Below, one piece after another: positions 16,848-27,136 of a stretch of DNA of 64,000 nucleotides (its first letter is position 1; each line of letters opens with the position of its first letter). The stretch comes from a virus. The notes under the pieces are model-generated. The model had not been told where the DNA came from. It ran no database searches and worked only from the letters and a program-made list of their open reading frames with translations. The stretch spans positions 1-64,000 of IMG/VR virus record IMGVR_UViG_3300043446_001144; one strand, written 5' to 3'. The position numbers were made by a program, and so were the translations under genes.

Positions 16848-18417
16848 CGGCCCCTCCTACTTTAGTTTGTGATATGAAGTTCAAAAGACTTCCTACTGTC
16901 AAGTCTACACCACCACGAGAATTGATTCCCGTGCCGTCCAGCACCGCATCAGCCACAGCGTTCTTCTGCTGAAGCATCTCGTGCTGACGTTCTTCAATAG
17001 AGCCCTGCATTAGGAAATCTTGAATAGTTATGGTAGGCCAACGGCTTGAGGTTCTCTTGATTCGTCCGTTTCTTTGAACTGCTAATCCTGCGTTCCAGGG
17101 AAGGTCATAGTTAATCAAAAGGTTTGCATTAGGCAAATCTACTCCATAACCACCAGCATCAGAAGAAATGAAAATTCGACAATCTGGGTCAGTTAAAAAC
17201 TTTTCCTTGCTTGCTTCCTTTTCTTTTGAGTTCATTTGTCCTGTGTACAAAGTCCCACCGAGTCTGTCGTAGATTGTAGAGACCGCATCTAGGTAAGAAG
17301 CAAAGATGACTACCTTTGCATCGGCATCCGTTTCAAGGTGTTCATTTACATATTGAACGACAGCATCAAGTTTAGGAACTCCCATTCCTTTGATTTTAAT
17401 GTGACCGTTGTTCCAAAGATAGTTTGCATAGGCACTTCCCTTTGTTCCATCATAATTTGCGCCGCTGTTTGCAAGAATATATGGATTATCACAGACCATA
17501 CGAAGCGCAGTTATCTTAGACATTATAGAACCACGCATCATGTCTGCTGGACTTCCTGGTTTATATCCCTCACCATAATGAGCGGCTATAGAAAACCCAG
17601 CACCAAGCAATTGCTGCGCTTCTACTAATTCATTCTTTAGTTCTTCAACAATAAAGTTGTACAACTTACGACCTGCCGAATCAAACCTAACAAGAATTGG
17701 GTCACGATAGATAACACTTGGAAGATACGGAGCAACATCAGGGTCTGTCTGAACTTTGCGAACCGAAGCCTGTTTCATTTTTTCATGAAAGATAGGTAAA
17801 TTTCTGTATCGCTGAACTCCACCAAAATGATTTCTAACAATAAAAGTCTGGTCAAATAAGTCAAAACGACCAAGCAGATTTGGATTAACGAATTGCATAA
17901 TGCTGTACAACTCTTCTGGTTTACCGTTCTCAATAGGAGTTCCAGTAAGAGCAAATCTAATTGATACATTGCGAGCAAGGTCTTTAACGCGTTTTGAACG
18001 CTTTGACCTAAATCCTTTGATAGCGGTTGCTTCATCACACACTACTGCGCCCCAAAAGTATCGGGAGACAAGGTCCCAGTCATTGACTATCGACTCATAA
18101 TTGGTTATTACATAGTCGGACTTCTGACCATCTTCATATTGTTGTGTGCGTTGCTGTTTATTTCCATCCACAACGGTAGAAACCACACCTGTACAGAATT
18201 TTGCTATTTCTTTCTGCCACTGATATTTGAGGCTAGATAAGGCTATTACAAGGATAGGACCCTTCTGTATCTGTCCTGTATCGTTTAATTTTTCTAGGGC
18301 CGCAATAGTCATACAGGTCTTACCAAGACCCATTTCGTAAGCAACAAGCATCTTCTTCTCGCCAACCATGCGGCTTACAGCCTCTACTTGATATGGCTTA
18401 AGAGTTCCCGTGAACAT
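16831..18417 (-). CDS. SNF2-family helicase
   Basis: LKPYQ, MGLGKT, CDEAT, LTGTPIEN, GGYGVDL, DLPWN, QRNGRIKR; GGAGG RBS before ATG 18417. Confidence 0.92.
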   Translation of the reverse strand: MFTGTLKPYQVEAVSRMVGEKKMLVAYEMGLGKTCMTIAALEKLNDTGQIQKGPILVIALSSLKYQWQKEIAKFCTGVVSTVVDGNKQQRTQQYEDGQKSDYVITNYESIVNDWDLVSRYFWGAVVCDEATAIKGFRSKRSKRVKDLARNVSIRFALTGTPIENGKPEELYSIMQFVNPNLLGRFDLFDQTFIVRNHFGGVQRYRNLPIFHEKMKQASVRKVQTDPDVAPYLPSVIYRDPILVRFDSAGRKLYNFIVEELKNELVEAQQLLGAGFSIAAHYGEGYKPGSPADMMRGSIMSKITALRMVCDNPYILANSGANYDGTKGSAYANYLWNNGHIKIKGMGVPKLDAVVQYVNEHLETDADAKVVIFASYLDAVSTIYDRLGGTLYTGQMNSKEKEASKEKFLTDPDCRIFISSDAGGYGVDLPNANLLINYDLPWNAGLAVQRNGRIKRTSSRWPTITIQDFLMQGSIEERQHEMLQQKNAVADAVLDGTGINSRGGVDLTVGSLLNFISQTKVGGADGTSI

Positions 18418-19342
18418 AAGCCTCCTTACCAAGTATGTAAGATTTGGAGTTTTCAATACCACGATGAATCTCATCTATCGTCATATCACCTGGGTCTTTG
18501 ACATCAATCCCTTTGTAATCAAAGTAAAAGAGGTTTAATCCGTATTTACGAGCATACGGACGCATCGACTCGGCAGCCTTGAGACCTGCTTCATCACTAT
18601 CAAATGCTGCAATAACCTTGTCTGCTCTGCGCATAATTTTTGCTTGGTCTTCACTGACAATAGCGCCAAATGTAGATACCGCTCCTTCAACGCCTGCGCA
18701 TCGCAATCGCACAACATCAAGTGGTGATTCAACAACAACAAGAACATCGATAGCCATTACTTCTACACCAAAAACTGTCTTGGATTTTTTAACGCCCACT
18801 GGTTGATTGCGAAAAAAGCGACCACTAGCACCCTTCTCTTGCCATCCCATCAACTCGTATGTGTCGGGATGTCGGATAGGAAGAACCCATGCTGAATGAC
18901 TTATATCCCAGAGTACGCCGTGGTGCTTTGCTGCTTCTGCAGTTAGGAATCGCTTTTTTAATTCAAATGCAGGAGGCTCCGAGTACACAGCCAAACGAGC
19001 CTCTGACATACTTATTGGCTCTGCTTCAGGCTGTACATACTGTGGCAAATCCTTGATGCGACGAAGCAACGAATCGAGGGGAAGTTCTGCTTGACCATCA
19101 ATAAATTCTTTTGCTTCGTGATAATCAATACTTTTTAAATCACGAACGAGCGTGTAAAGGTTTCCCTTGTAACCGCAAGAGAAGCAGATGTGTGCTCCTG
19201 TTAATGCATTTATCCACCACGATGGATTGTGGTCTTCTTTTCCTGTTCGCTTCTTGTGCATAGGACAAAGCCCATTGACTTCATCACCACGTTGTGCCGT
19301 AAGTGGTAAATCAAGTGCAAGAAGAACTTTTTCTACATCCAC
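18398..19342 (-). CDS. dnaG: DNA primase (CHC2 Zn finger plus Toprim)
   Basis: CPMH...CFSC, VESPLD, FDSDEAG, KDPGD; GTG 19342 coupled to the helicase TAG. Confidence 0.9.
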   Translation of the reverse strand: MDVEKVLLALDLPLTAQRGDEVNGLCPMHKKRTGKEDHNPSWWINALTGAHICFSCGYKGNLYTLVRDLKSIDYHEAKEFIDGQAELPLDSLLRRIKDLPQYVQPEAEPISMSEARLAVYSEPPAFELKKRFLTAEAAKHHGVLWDISHSAWVLPIRHPDTYELMGWQEKGASGRFFRNQPVGVKKSKTVFGVEVMAIDVLVVVESPLDVVRLRCAGVEGAVSTFGAIVSEDQAKIMRRADKVIAAFDSDEAGLKAAESMRPYARKYGLNLFYFDYKGIDVKDPGDMTIDEIHRGIENSKSYILGKEAYVHGNS

Positions 19343-20589
19343 TACTTGCTCCAGTTCATGCAGTAGGTGCACTTGGTCATAAATGATTCATCGTGGAAGC
19401 AACCAGTCTCCCAACGCCAAGTAATAGCGGTTTCACTTGGTGGGCAGTTACGTGATTGAACAATTTTTAATAAACGAATCTCTTCGTCCTCTTCAACTGG
19501 CTCAAGACCAAGAATTACATCCGAATCCTGGAAGAACGAAGATGAATATCCAATTGAATCTGCAGTTACTTTTCCAGCACGCATCTTCCACAGCAATGTC
19601 TGCGTGGTGATAACTATTGGCTTGTTAATCTTTTGAGCAAGACGTTTAAGAGCGCGAGTTATGTTGGTAATTGCTTGAGGAGTATTCATCTCGCCTGTGA
19701 TTTCATCCATCATCAAATAAACACCATCAACAAACACAATGTCAGGATTGCACTGCTCAATTTTTGCTGACAGCGCTGATACGGTTATTCCATTGACTGC
19801 ATCGACAAGATGAAACGGATGTAAATTCTCCATGTCATTTAACATGTCAATATAACGAGTCTCTTCTGCAGGCAACAACTTTCCACGACGCAAACGACCA
19901 TGTGAAATGTTGGCACGCATAGCATCGTGACGCTGCTGCTGTTCGTGATTGTTCATCTCAAATGATTGGAACATCGGTACCTTGCCCAACTTGTGGACAT
20001 TGATAGCCATCTGTAGAGCAATCTGAGACTTACCTGTCTTTGGTGGAGCAATTATGGTGATTAGTTGACCGCCCTGCAATCCTGCAGTTGCTTCGTCAAT
20101 CTTTTCAAAACCAGTAGGTATTCCTAAAAAGGTCTTATTCTGTAGCGCTTTGTAATCCTCGTAACGCTGCTCAGTATTCTTTGATAAATCTACTTCGTGA
20201 GTTCCAAGAACTCCCTGTTCATTGACTTTTGCAATAGCCTGCTCCATAGCAAGAAGAGCGGCGTCATGATTGTTGTCTTGCAGTAACTCAACAGCGTTCT
20301 CAAGTCCTTGACGAGTAAGAAGTCGACGACGGAAATCAACCATCGTGTCTAACAGATATTCAACCGAATCTTCTACATCAAGAATCTTGTAGTTTGGATA
20401 ATGGTCTTTTACTGTTACGCCGGTGGGAACTTCACGATATTCGCTGTAATGTTTGCGAACGAATGTCCAAACTTTACGATTGTCTTCATCAAGAAACCAA
20501 GAATCTTGAACTCCACGTGAGAGCGCAGGAACAATATCGCGGTCACGAATTACTTTACTGACCAGACGATGTTCGTTATCTGCTGCCAT
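19342..20589 (-). CDS. dnaB: DnaB-like replicative helicase
   Basis: GIPTGF, APPKTGKS, SFEM, FVDGVYLM, QDSD. Confidence 0.92.
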   Translation of the reverse strand: MAADNEHRLVSKVIRDRDIVPALSRGVQDSWFLDEDNRKVWTFVRKHYSEYREVPTGVTVKDHYPNYKILDVEDSVEYLLDTMVDFRRRLLTRQGLENAVELLQDNNHDAALLAMEQAIAKVNEQGVLGTHEVDLSKNTEQRYEDYKALQNKTFLGIPTGFEKIDEATAGLQGGQLITIIAPPKTGKSQIALQMAINVHKLGKVPMFQSFEMNNHEQQQRHDAMRANISHGRLRRGKLLPAEETRYIDMLNDMENLHPFHLVDAVNGITVSALSAKIEQCNPDIVFVDGVYLMMDEITGEMNTPQAITNITRALKRLAQKINKPIVITTQTLLWKMRAGKVTADSIGYSSSFFQDSDVILGLEPVEEDEEIRLLKIVQSRNCPPSETAITWRWETGCFHDESFMTKCTYCMNWSK

Positions 20590-20607
20590 GTCGCCCCCTC
20601 TAGGCTA

Positions 20608-21024
20608 TTAAAGATTGGCTAGTTCTACTCCTGCTGACCCATATCGTGCAACTCTGTCGGGAATGTCAATCACTCCTTTAAGGTTTGGACGATACGGAAG
20701 CATTGTGACTAACTCATCTACACTTTCGTACAGTTGCCAATAGTTAAACGGATTAACTACACGGCGTTCTAACTTTTCAAAGGCCTTGTCAAGAAGTTCT
20801 TCTGTCCAACCCTCTGATGCAAAACCAGCAAGTTCTAGAGAAATGCCGTAGTTATTGGCAAGTATCCACAATCTGTTGGCGCCAAGCAAATCCACATCTC
20901 CAACTTTGTAAGAGACCCGTTTTCCAAGAAGTCGTCGGCTCTCTTCTTCAAGTAATTTAATTACAACATCTGTTACAGCGATTACCTGCGGAGAGGAGAC
21001 GTTTGATATGTCTCCATTCTTCAT
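20608..21024 (-). CDS. Hypothetical protein
   Basis: ATGA-coupled; 138 aa. Confidence 0.7.
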   Translation of the reverse strand: MKNGDISNVSSPQVIAVTDVVIKLLEEESRRLLGKRVSYKVGDVDLLGANRLWILANNYGISLELAGFASEGWTEELLDKAFEKLERRVVNPFNYWQLYESVDELVTMLPYRPNLKGVIDIPDRVARYGSAGVELANL

Positions 21025-21329
21025 AAGACTTCAATCTTAGCGTACTTAACAACAAACTCACGAAACTTTTCAGGGTTGTCCTGAACTTCAAGAGCGGTCT
21101 CTTCTGGAACTTCGTCTGGAATCAGTATCGAGTAATGCCCATGGTTCATCCGCATTCGTTCATCAACAAACCTTGTATGTTTGCAATTAAAGAACTTTTT
21201 CCACTTAGGACAACTGCAACGAAGTCTTTTTGTTTCAGTATCGACCTCAACTTCAAAAACGCCAGCGGCCTGAGCAGAGATGAACAGTTGAACTGTTCTC
21301 CAAGGTGTCTGCACGTTGTTGCCTCTCAT
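21021..21329 (-). CDS. SWIM-type zinc finger protein
   Basis: CSCP-x6-CKH. Confidence 0.75.
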   Translation of the reverse strand: MRGNNVQTPWRTVQLFISAQAAGVFEVEVDTETKRLRCSCPKWKKFFNCKHTRFVDERMRMNHGHYSILIPDEVPEETALEVQDNPEKFREFVVKYAKIEVL

Positions 21330-22048
21330 TGCGCTCCTCGTAGGTCAGAACCAAGGATTGGCACACGAACAAAGGCTTCATTGGCAAAACTTGCCATTGC
21401 CTCTCGATATTGCGCTTCCCAGTTCTCCAGCATCACGTTAGTCGTTACGATAGTTGGTAACGCCTTGTCATACCGTGCACGCAGTATCTCATCAAACGAT
21501 GTATCGTCGTACTTTGAACCGTATTCTTTTCCGAGGTCGTCTATGACTAGAATCCGAACGTTTAAAAAGTCGAACTTTGAGCGACCATGGAGCCCGTCAA
21601 TTTCGTAAACCATCTGTTTTTTGTCTTCGGGGTCCGCATCGAATGTTGATTTTTTTCTTGACAGGAATTCAGGATAGGTCATGTAATAAATAGGGCGAGC
21701 ATTGAGCCCATAGTCGCTCGCATTCATACCCAGAATCTTACGAGAAGCCTCGTCGTCATTTGGGAGACGTCGGACCACCTCCATAGCGGCAACAACGGCG
21801 TGAGTCGTTTTGCCTATACCAGGCCCTCCGTCAAAAAGCATACCGACACCATTTGTGCCAATGTTGCCAATCTGTTTTATAACAAGACCACTAACAACGT
21901 CGTCAATCCATTGAGAGTACTGTGGTGGCACATCTCCTGAACGCTCCTGTATATCTGATATCTCTAACCCAAGAAAACGACGTGGGATATTTGACGTTCT
22001 TAATAGCCAATGTTTTTTTAATGAAGTTAGAGAGTTTACGTCGTACAC
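21326..22048 (-). CDS. DnaC/IstB-like AAA+ helicase loader
   Basis: GGPGIGKT, LVIDDLGKE, PTIVTTN, GSDLR. Confidence 0.88.
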   Translation of the reverse strand: MYDVNSLTSLKKHWLLRTSNIPRRFLGLEISDIQERSGDVPPQYSQWIDDVVSGLVIKQIGNIGTNGVGMLFDGGPGIGKTTHAVVAAMEVVRRLPNDDEASRKILGMNASDYGLNARPIYYMTYPEFLSRKKSTFDADPEDKKQMVYEIDGLHGRSKFDFLNVRILVIDDLGKEYGSKYDDTSFDEILRARYDKALPTIVTTNVMLENWEAQYREAMASFANEAFVRVPILGSDLRGAQ

Positions 22049-22052
22049 TAAA

Positions 22053-23018
22053 TTAATCCCCCTTTATCTTCTTTTCATACCGCTCAAGTTGTGCACGACC
22101 AGACATTGAGTTCTGGAATACGCGACCGTCACTTGCTGTAAGCGTTGATATCTTAACAGTGGGCTCTTTACTTCCCGCAACTCGACCGAGTCCAAGGTTC
22201 TCTCGTGCCTGATTCATCCTCTTACCAAAAGATGCTAAATAAAGTTTGTAAAGATTTGGCGCTTCATCACCAATGTGTTTGAAATTACTTTCATCTGTCA
22301 TAAACAACCGAAGCAACTCAAGTTCGATTAATGCTGTGGTTCCGTACTGCTTTCTAAACTTTGCAAGGGCTCCTGCGAGGACTTTGACATTGACGGTTCC
22401 TGGAAGGAGGGGGTACTTGCGCCCAACCCGATAAGAAAACTCTGCAGCGACATCCATTGGGGTCCACTCATGCTCTGGCCTCTTGCCACGAGTTTTGGGG
22501 TCACGTTTGCTGTAGTGCTTCTGTGGTTGGTCTCTGTCCTCAACCAATCCAAAGCCTGCCAAGTCATCGCCATCGTCATAGCCTTTCATTGAAATTCGTA
22601 TCTCCTTTAGTGGCGCTTCTTGCGCCACAATATCTTTTAATTTATAACTATCTTGGCTATTAGGTACTAATGACTTATCTGTCTTTTGACTACGTGGACT
22701 ATTAGTCACGTAGTCATGTGAGGCGCGGTAATTTGAGTCCCCTATAGCGCGGTAATTTGAGTCCTTTATCTCAACTATAAGAAGGCCGTTAAATCCATTG
22801 GCTCTTCTAGTTTGAGTAAGCGTTATTAAGCCTTGCTTTTCTAAAGCCTTTAATGCCCTTCTGACGGTTTTATCAGACTTTTTGTCAGTCTCCCTACCCA
22901 ACGCCTCTACAGAGGCCTTAAAACGGCCTTGAGAGCCCGAAAAACGGCATAGAACGACCATTAGTCGGAACTGGTAATCGGTAATAGGAGCCGTAAACGC
23001 TCCTTCTGGAATGTGCAT
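22053..23018 (-). CDS. Replication initiator with N-terminal winged HTH
   Basis: SVEALG...TVRRALKALEKQGLI; sits upstream of the loader; internal direct repeats. Confidence 0.75.
   Translation of the reverse strand: MHIPEGAFTAPITDYQFRLMVVLCRFSGSQGRFKASVEALGRETDKKSDKTVRRALKALEKQGLITLTQTRRANGFNGLLIVEIKDSNYRAIGDSNYRASHDYVTNSPRSQKTDKSLVPNSQDSYKLKDIVAQEAPLKEIRISMKGYDDGDDLAGFGLVEDRDQPQKHYSKRDPKTRGKRPEHEWTPMDVAAEFSYRVGRKYPLLPGTVNVKVLAGALAKFRKQYGTTALIELELLRLFMTDESNFKHIGDEAPNLYKLYLASFGKRMNQARENLGLGRVAGSKEPTVKISTLTASDGRVFQNSMSGRAQLERYEKKIKGD
22687..22764. repeat. Putative replication origin: 10-bp inverted repeat plus two 18-bp iterons
   Basis: TGACTACGTG-N10-CACGTAGTCA (22687-22716); GCGCGGTAATTTGAGTCC at 22723-22740 and 22747-22764. 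Confidence 0.7.
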
Positions 23019-23024
23019 AGCCTA

Positions 23025-23030
23025 ACCCTA
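23025..23030 (-). promoter_or_regulatory. -10 box of a leaderless transcript (TAGGGT-N6-ATG)
   Basis: 6 nt to ATG 23018; the TAG is also the upstream stop codon. Confidence 0.5.
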
Positions 23031-23606
23031 TCTGTCTTCAAACGGGTTAATTTCGCGCTTGCCTTCCTCCTCCTGAATACGCTCCTGCACGGCTTTAGTG
23101 ATGACGTCTAACACTCCGTTCATGATGTACTCAGAGAAGGCCTCGATGAACTCACTTAACTTCTCTTGCATGTGGCTGTAGAGGGCGTCTGAATCGTCTT
23201 CATCATAATCGACTTCTATGACATCAAGCCCCTCTTCAATGTTCCAGGTCTCAATTGCAAAGTCTTCCACGGCGTGAAGTGCCATGTGAGCCTCAATGCT
23301 ATCGTCCCATACCATTGCAAGAACATCCTCAGAGGTAATTTCCCTCATGATTTCACGAAGTGGGCTGCTGCACATAGTTATGTCGTGAGCATTAAGTATC
23401 AGTTTGTCAATTCCCTCAGTACTATCTGTAAAAAATAGATGATATTTGGCTTTTGTTGCTTTTATGGCTTTCATAGCAGTTTCATTAAACTTTGTGAATC
23501 CTAAAATAGGTAGAATGACTACCGCATCAGGATTTAACGTAATAAGTCTCCGCAAACCATCTTCTACATCGCCATCTTTAAAAGATAACACAACAATGCG
23601 TTTCAT
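23028..23606 (-). CDS. Acidic hypothetical protein
   Basis: AGGAGGGG RBS; 192 aa. Confidence 0.75.
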   Translation of the reverse strand: MKRIVVLSFKDGDVEDGLRRLITLNPDAVVILPILGFTKFNETAMKAIKATKAKYHLFFTDSTEGIDKLILNAHDITMCSSPLREIMREITSEDVLAMVWDDSIEAHMALHAVEDFAIETWNIEEGLDVIEVDYDEDDSDALYSHMQEKLSEFIEAFSEYIMNGVLDVITKAVQERIQEEEGKREINPFEDR

Positions 23607-23614
23607 AGCCCCTC

Positions 23615-23887
23615 CTATAGTCTTGGTAACCGTTGCGATACAACGGTCGGTTTATTTAAGTATTTTCCTAATGCTAAAGATATAAAGGTTGTTGCTGGAA
23701 CAGAGACAAGCATCTGTGTTGTTAGGCCGAAAAATAAGTACATTCCGCCAAAACTTAACGGTAAAGCAAACGCAATATTTATGTTTGATTTACCTATCCA
23801 AGCCCCAAGTATGCTTAAATCAAGCAGTTCCAAGATATAAGTTACAGCAAAGCCTGTTAAAAGAACAACGATTAGTAGGTCAGTCAT
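23615..23887 (-). CDS. Small membrane protein (about 3 TM segments; holin-like?)
   Basis: Hydrophobic segments, basic C-terminus; TAGAGT-N6-ATG leaderless start. Confidence 0.55.
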   Translation of the reverse strand: MTDLLIVVLLTGFAVTYILELLDLSILGAWIGKSNINIAFALPLSFGGMYLFFGLTTQMLVSVPATTFISLALGKYLNKPTVVSQRLPRL

Positions 23888-23896
23888 GACCTCACT

Positions 23897-25819
23897 CTAC
23901 ACGTCCAGTACGTCCTTCTCCAAACCACGTTCAGTCTTGATACGCCACCACACGTTTTCAGGAACCCAATCATTTAAAGTTCCAGTAAGACGTGGAATTT
24001 TTTGGTCTCGGCTAGGGTACCGGTAACTAATTGAGTTATACGCTGTTCCTCCCCATACAACTCCATATTCATCTGGTAGTGAACCGTCAAAATATTCCGA
24101 TGCTTTAAACGACTGCTCCAGTTGAACGCAATCTATATAGAAGGTTCCTGTACTACCACTAAAGTTTAGGGACAAGGTTGTTGCCGCAGAACCCGCTGGA
24201 ATAAGGATACTCAAGTCATACCTTGACCATGATGCGCCATTGACAGACTTAGAAGTGGTAGCAACGGTTGACGATGCAGAGTCTTTTGCGGTTAACGTCA
24301 TAGTCATTGCTGCATTTGTTTTTGCATAAACGGATGCGGTGTAGTATTGACCAACAGTGATGTTGGCAGCATCCGCTGTGTAAGTCCAAGAACCTGTTGC
24401 AAGTATTTTTGCACTTCTAGTTCCTGCATAAGCGTCTGTTGTAACGTCAGTTTCTCTTGTAATTGTTGGAGAACCTGTTGAAGTCCAAAAAGTTGTGTTA
24501 GTTTCAAAAGAAGGATTTTTAATTAAATTTTTGTAGGTTGCATTTAACACAATGGTCAATGCTCGTGCTTCATCGTAGGACACTGAGGCGCCGCTTTGGT
24601 AGCACACCTGGTCAATATAGTAAGTTCCTGCAGCACTAAAATATACTTCTATATCTGCATAACTAGCAGACGAAGATGACGTTGCCGTAACACTTCCTGT
24701 TTTCCAAGTGTCATCTGCCGCTACTGGAGATGAAGATGCTGTTGAGCCAGTCTGTATTCCGTGTCTGTCGTAAAACGTTGTTCTAATAGTTACATTTCCA
24801 GCACTGGTTGGAGAACGGAATCTACATGAAACGGTGTACTCAGTACTTGGGTCTACCGGAATTCCCAATCTTATCGGGTCTGGATTTCCTAACCTCATAT
24901 AAGAAACGCCTGTAGTAACAACTTGGCAAGAATATAGGTCATCTATGACATTAGTTCCAGTGGGTGGAGTAATTGCTGTTGAAGCAGTTAGAGTTGCGTT
25001 TGCGGTTGTCCAATTACCAGTAGAATTATAAAACGTAGAACTTTGAATATCTAGAATTTTGTTTTCAGATACGGTAATAGTTGGCGCATATCCAGTTAAA
25101 GACTCTACATATGTTTCTAACCCGTTTAAAGTCCCTTTTCTGCTGTACATGTAGAGCGCTTCACGAACAAGTCTTTTTTGGTTTTTTATTGGTAAGGCAA
25201 ACTCAGGAGTTAATCCTAGATGCCCGTACTCTAATGGCAATAATGATACTGGCGTATCAATACTCACATGCCTTGGTCGTAATAAATCCAAATAAGAAAG
25301 AAGTTCTTCTATTGAAAGAGATAGTCCTCCAATAAAGTTGTACAAATCTGAAGTATTTGAAACTTGTCCTAAAGGTGTTTGTTCTGCACTGGTAAACACT
25401 CTTGGTAAAAAAGAAAGTAATTTTTGATGCGTTTCCTTATCGAAGGGCACTATTGTGTTAGCGTCACCTGCAGGCACCCAAATACTACTTCCAGTAAATA
25501 AAAACATTCGGTAATAAACCATTCTTCCAGAAACAAGAGGCGTTACTGAAGGGTTGTCAATACCGTCGTCTATAGAAAGAATAGATGGAGTAGAGGCTGC
25601 TTCTTCCCATACAGTAACCCCATCTTCAGCAGTTTCTGCGTATCCACCTTGGTTTCTTACTAACCTAATTTTAGAGAAGGTTCCTTGAGGTAGTTGCCAA
25701 GAAACTCTTATTGCAGAAAACGACAATGCAAGAAGAGATATCGGTTCTACTGAATAGGTTAACTTAGCGGGTTGACCATATGTGAACGTTCCAAATATAG
25801 ACGAACCATATTTTGCCAC
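23897..25819 (-). CDS. Baseplate wedge/tail protein (gpI-like) with Ig-like and CBM-like domains
   Basis: LLSFLPRVF, LYMYSRKGTLNGL, NLIKNPSFE...YIDCVQLEQ...YFDG; N-terminal YG repeats. Confidence 0.7.
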   Translation of the reverse strand: MAKYGSSIFGTFTYGQPAKLTYSVEPISLLALSFSAIRVSWQLPQGTFSKIRLVRNQGGYAETAEDGVTVWEEAASTPSILSIDDGIDNPSVTPLVSGRMVYYRMFLFTGSSIWVPAGDANTIVPFDKETHQKLLSFLPRVFTSAEQTPLGQVSNTSDLYNFIGGLSLSIEELLSYLDLLRPRHVSIDTPVSLLPLEYGHLGLTPEFALPIKNQKRLVREALYMYSRKGTLNGLETYVESLTGYAPTITVSENKILDIQSSTFYNSTGNWTTANATLTASTAITPPTGTNVIDDLYSCQVVTTGVSYMRLGNPDPIRLGIPVDPSTEYTVSCRFRSPTSAGNVTIRTTFYDRHGIQTGSTASSSPVAADDTWKTGSVTATSSSSASYADIEVYFSAAGTYYIDQVCYQSGASVSYDEARALTIVLNATYKNLIKNPSFETNTTFWTSTGSPTITRETDVTTDAYAGTRSAKILATGSWTYTADAANITVGQYYTASVYAKTNAAMTMTLTAKDSASSTVATTSKSVNGASWSRYDLSILIPAGSAATTLSLNFSGSTGTFYIDCVQLEQSFKASEYFDGSLPDEYGVVWGGTAYNSISYRYPSRDQKIPRLTGTLNDWVPENVWWRIKTERGLEKDVLDV

Positions 25820-25875
25820 TGTTATACCCCTGTCTTTTGTTTAGGCTAGTTTAACGACTTTAATTTTTTGTTTTG

Positions 25876-26580
25876 TTACTTATTGACTTCTGCTTCCCAA
25901 AATTCTTTTTCAGTTTGGTATTTTTCTTCAAAGTTTGCCACATGACGATAATCACAGCAATCACAGATTGGTCTGTTATTACTGTAATCCGGCATGGACC
26001 AATACCCCATTTTTGCTCTAAATCTAAAGTCTGATTTCCATGAATTTTCAGCGTGTCCATTTGGAGTAAACGCCCAATGGTCGGGCTCTGCAAACTGCAT
26101 AAATAGAAGAGTTACAAACTTATCTTCTGTGTCTGTAGGAAATTCTGGTCTCCAATGCATTTGATAATTGCCGCAAAATACAACACATGAATTTGGCTCT
26201 TCTTCGTAAACAGTGTCTTCTACTACCAATTCCCAATCAACGTTTTTTTCAATACATACATCTAAAGAATATTGACAGGCCGACTGGTCGTAGTGTTTCC
26301 AAAGTTGAGGGATAACACCATTCTGTTTCTGATATCGTCCAACATGAAACCCTGCTCTACGAAGAGTGTCACTTCCAAAAGTTTGTTTTGCTATCTTTAA
26401 AAGTTCTGCTTCTGTTTCAGAATCAAACCAAATTTCTTCTAACCATCTTCCAGCAACTGTGTGATAAAAATGCGGTCCTTCTGGACCAAGTTGTTTAGCC
26501 AGAACTTGTTGTTTTACTTTTTCAAATAATTCTGGTGAAAGAAAATTTTTTATTGAGGTTGCTTTTACATCAATTGTCAT
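25876..26580 (-). CDS. 2OG-Fe(II) oxygenase
   Basis: KHYDQSACQYSLD...HWR (HxD...H); C-terminal CDCC. Confidence 0.78.
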   Translation of the reverse strand: MTIDVKATSIKNFLSPELFEKVKQQVLAKQLGPEGPHFYHTVAGRWLEEIWFDSETEAELLKIAKQTFGSDTLRRAGFHVGRYQKQNGVIPQLWKHYDQSACQYSLDVCIEKNVDWELVVEDTVYEEEPNSCVVFCGNYQMHWRPEFPTDTEDKFVTLLFMQFAEPDHWAFTPNGHAENSWKSDFRFRAKMGYWSMPDYSNNRPICDCCDYRHVANFEEKYQTEKEFWEAEVNK

Positions 26581-27136
26581 TTAAGTTCATCCTTATTTGT
26601 TTTCTAATTTCCTCTACGTGTTGCGGACCTTCTGTAAACCACCAATGATTTGGCTCTACATAATGGAAAAACACAACTCCTATTTTCCCACTATTTGTGT
26701 AAAGTGTATCCCGCCAGTGCTCATACTTTTCACCCATAAACATGATGGCTTCATTAGGGTTTGCAATGTAGGCTTTGTTGTCTACGTACAGAGCCCATGG
26801 GTCTACTTGGTAAAGAGTTAAGTCAAGAGTGTACGTACATGCATTTGCGTCTTTATGTTTAGATAGACTAATAGTCTCATCTGAGTATTCTGCAAACAAA
26901 GAGTACGAAGGAAGGCAAGTTTCTGTCCTAAAGTACTCTCTTACTTTTGGTAAGAGAATTTCACTATACTCTTTTAGTATAGGTTCTATATGTTCTCCTA
27001 TTAGTTTTCTGCCAAATTCGTCTGTGTTCATTGAATCTAAAACAGGATTATCTTTAAAGTGCATTTTGAGTCTATCAAAATGGTAAGGTTCTAATACATT
27101 TTTTATTATCCCTACCTCTTCGTTTATGCCATCCAT
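26570..27136 (-). CDS. 2OG-Fe(II) oxygenase (paralogue of 25876-26580)
   Basis: KHKDANACTYTLD...EHWRD...FFHYV. Confidence 0.8.
   Translation of the reverse strand: MDGINEEVGIIKNVLEPYHFDRLKMHFKDNPVLDSMNTDEFGRKLIGEHIEPILKEYSEILLPKVREYFRTETCLPSYSLFAEYSDETISLSKHKDANACTYTLDLTLYQVDPWALYVDNKAYIANPNEAIMFMGEKYEHWRDTLYTNSGKIGVVFFHYVEPNHWWFTEGPQHVEEIRKQIRMNLNDN

Noticed and set aside
21326-22048. IS21 element based on the IstB-like ATPase
   Set aside because: No IstA transposase or terminal inverted repeats; the initiator-loader-helicase context indicates a helicase loader.
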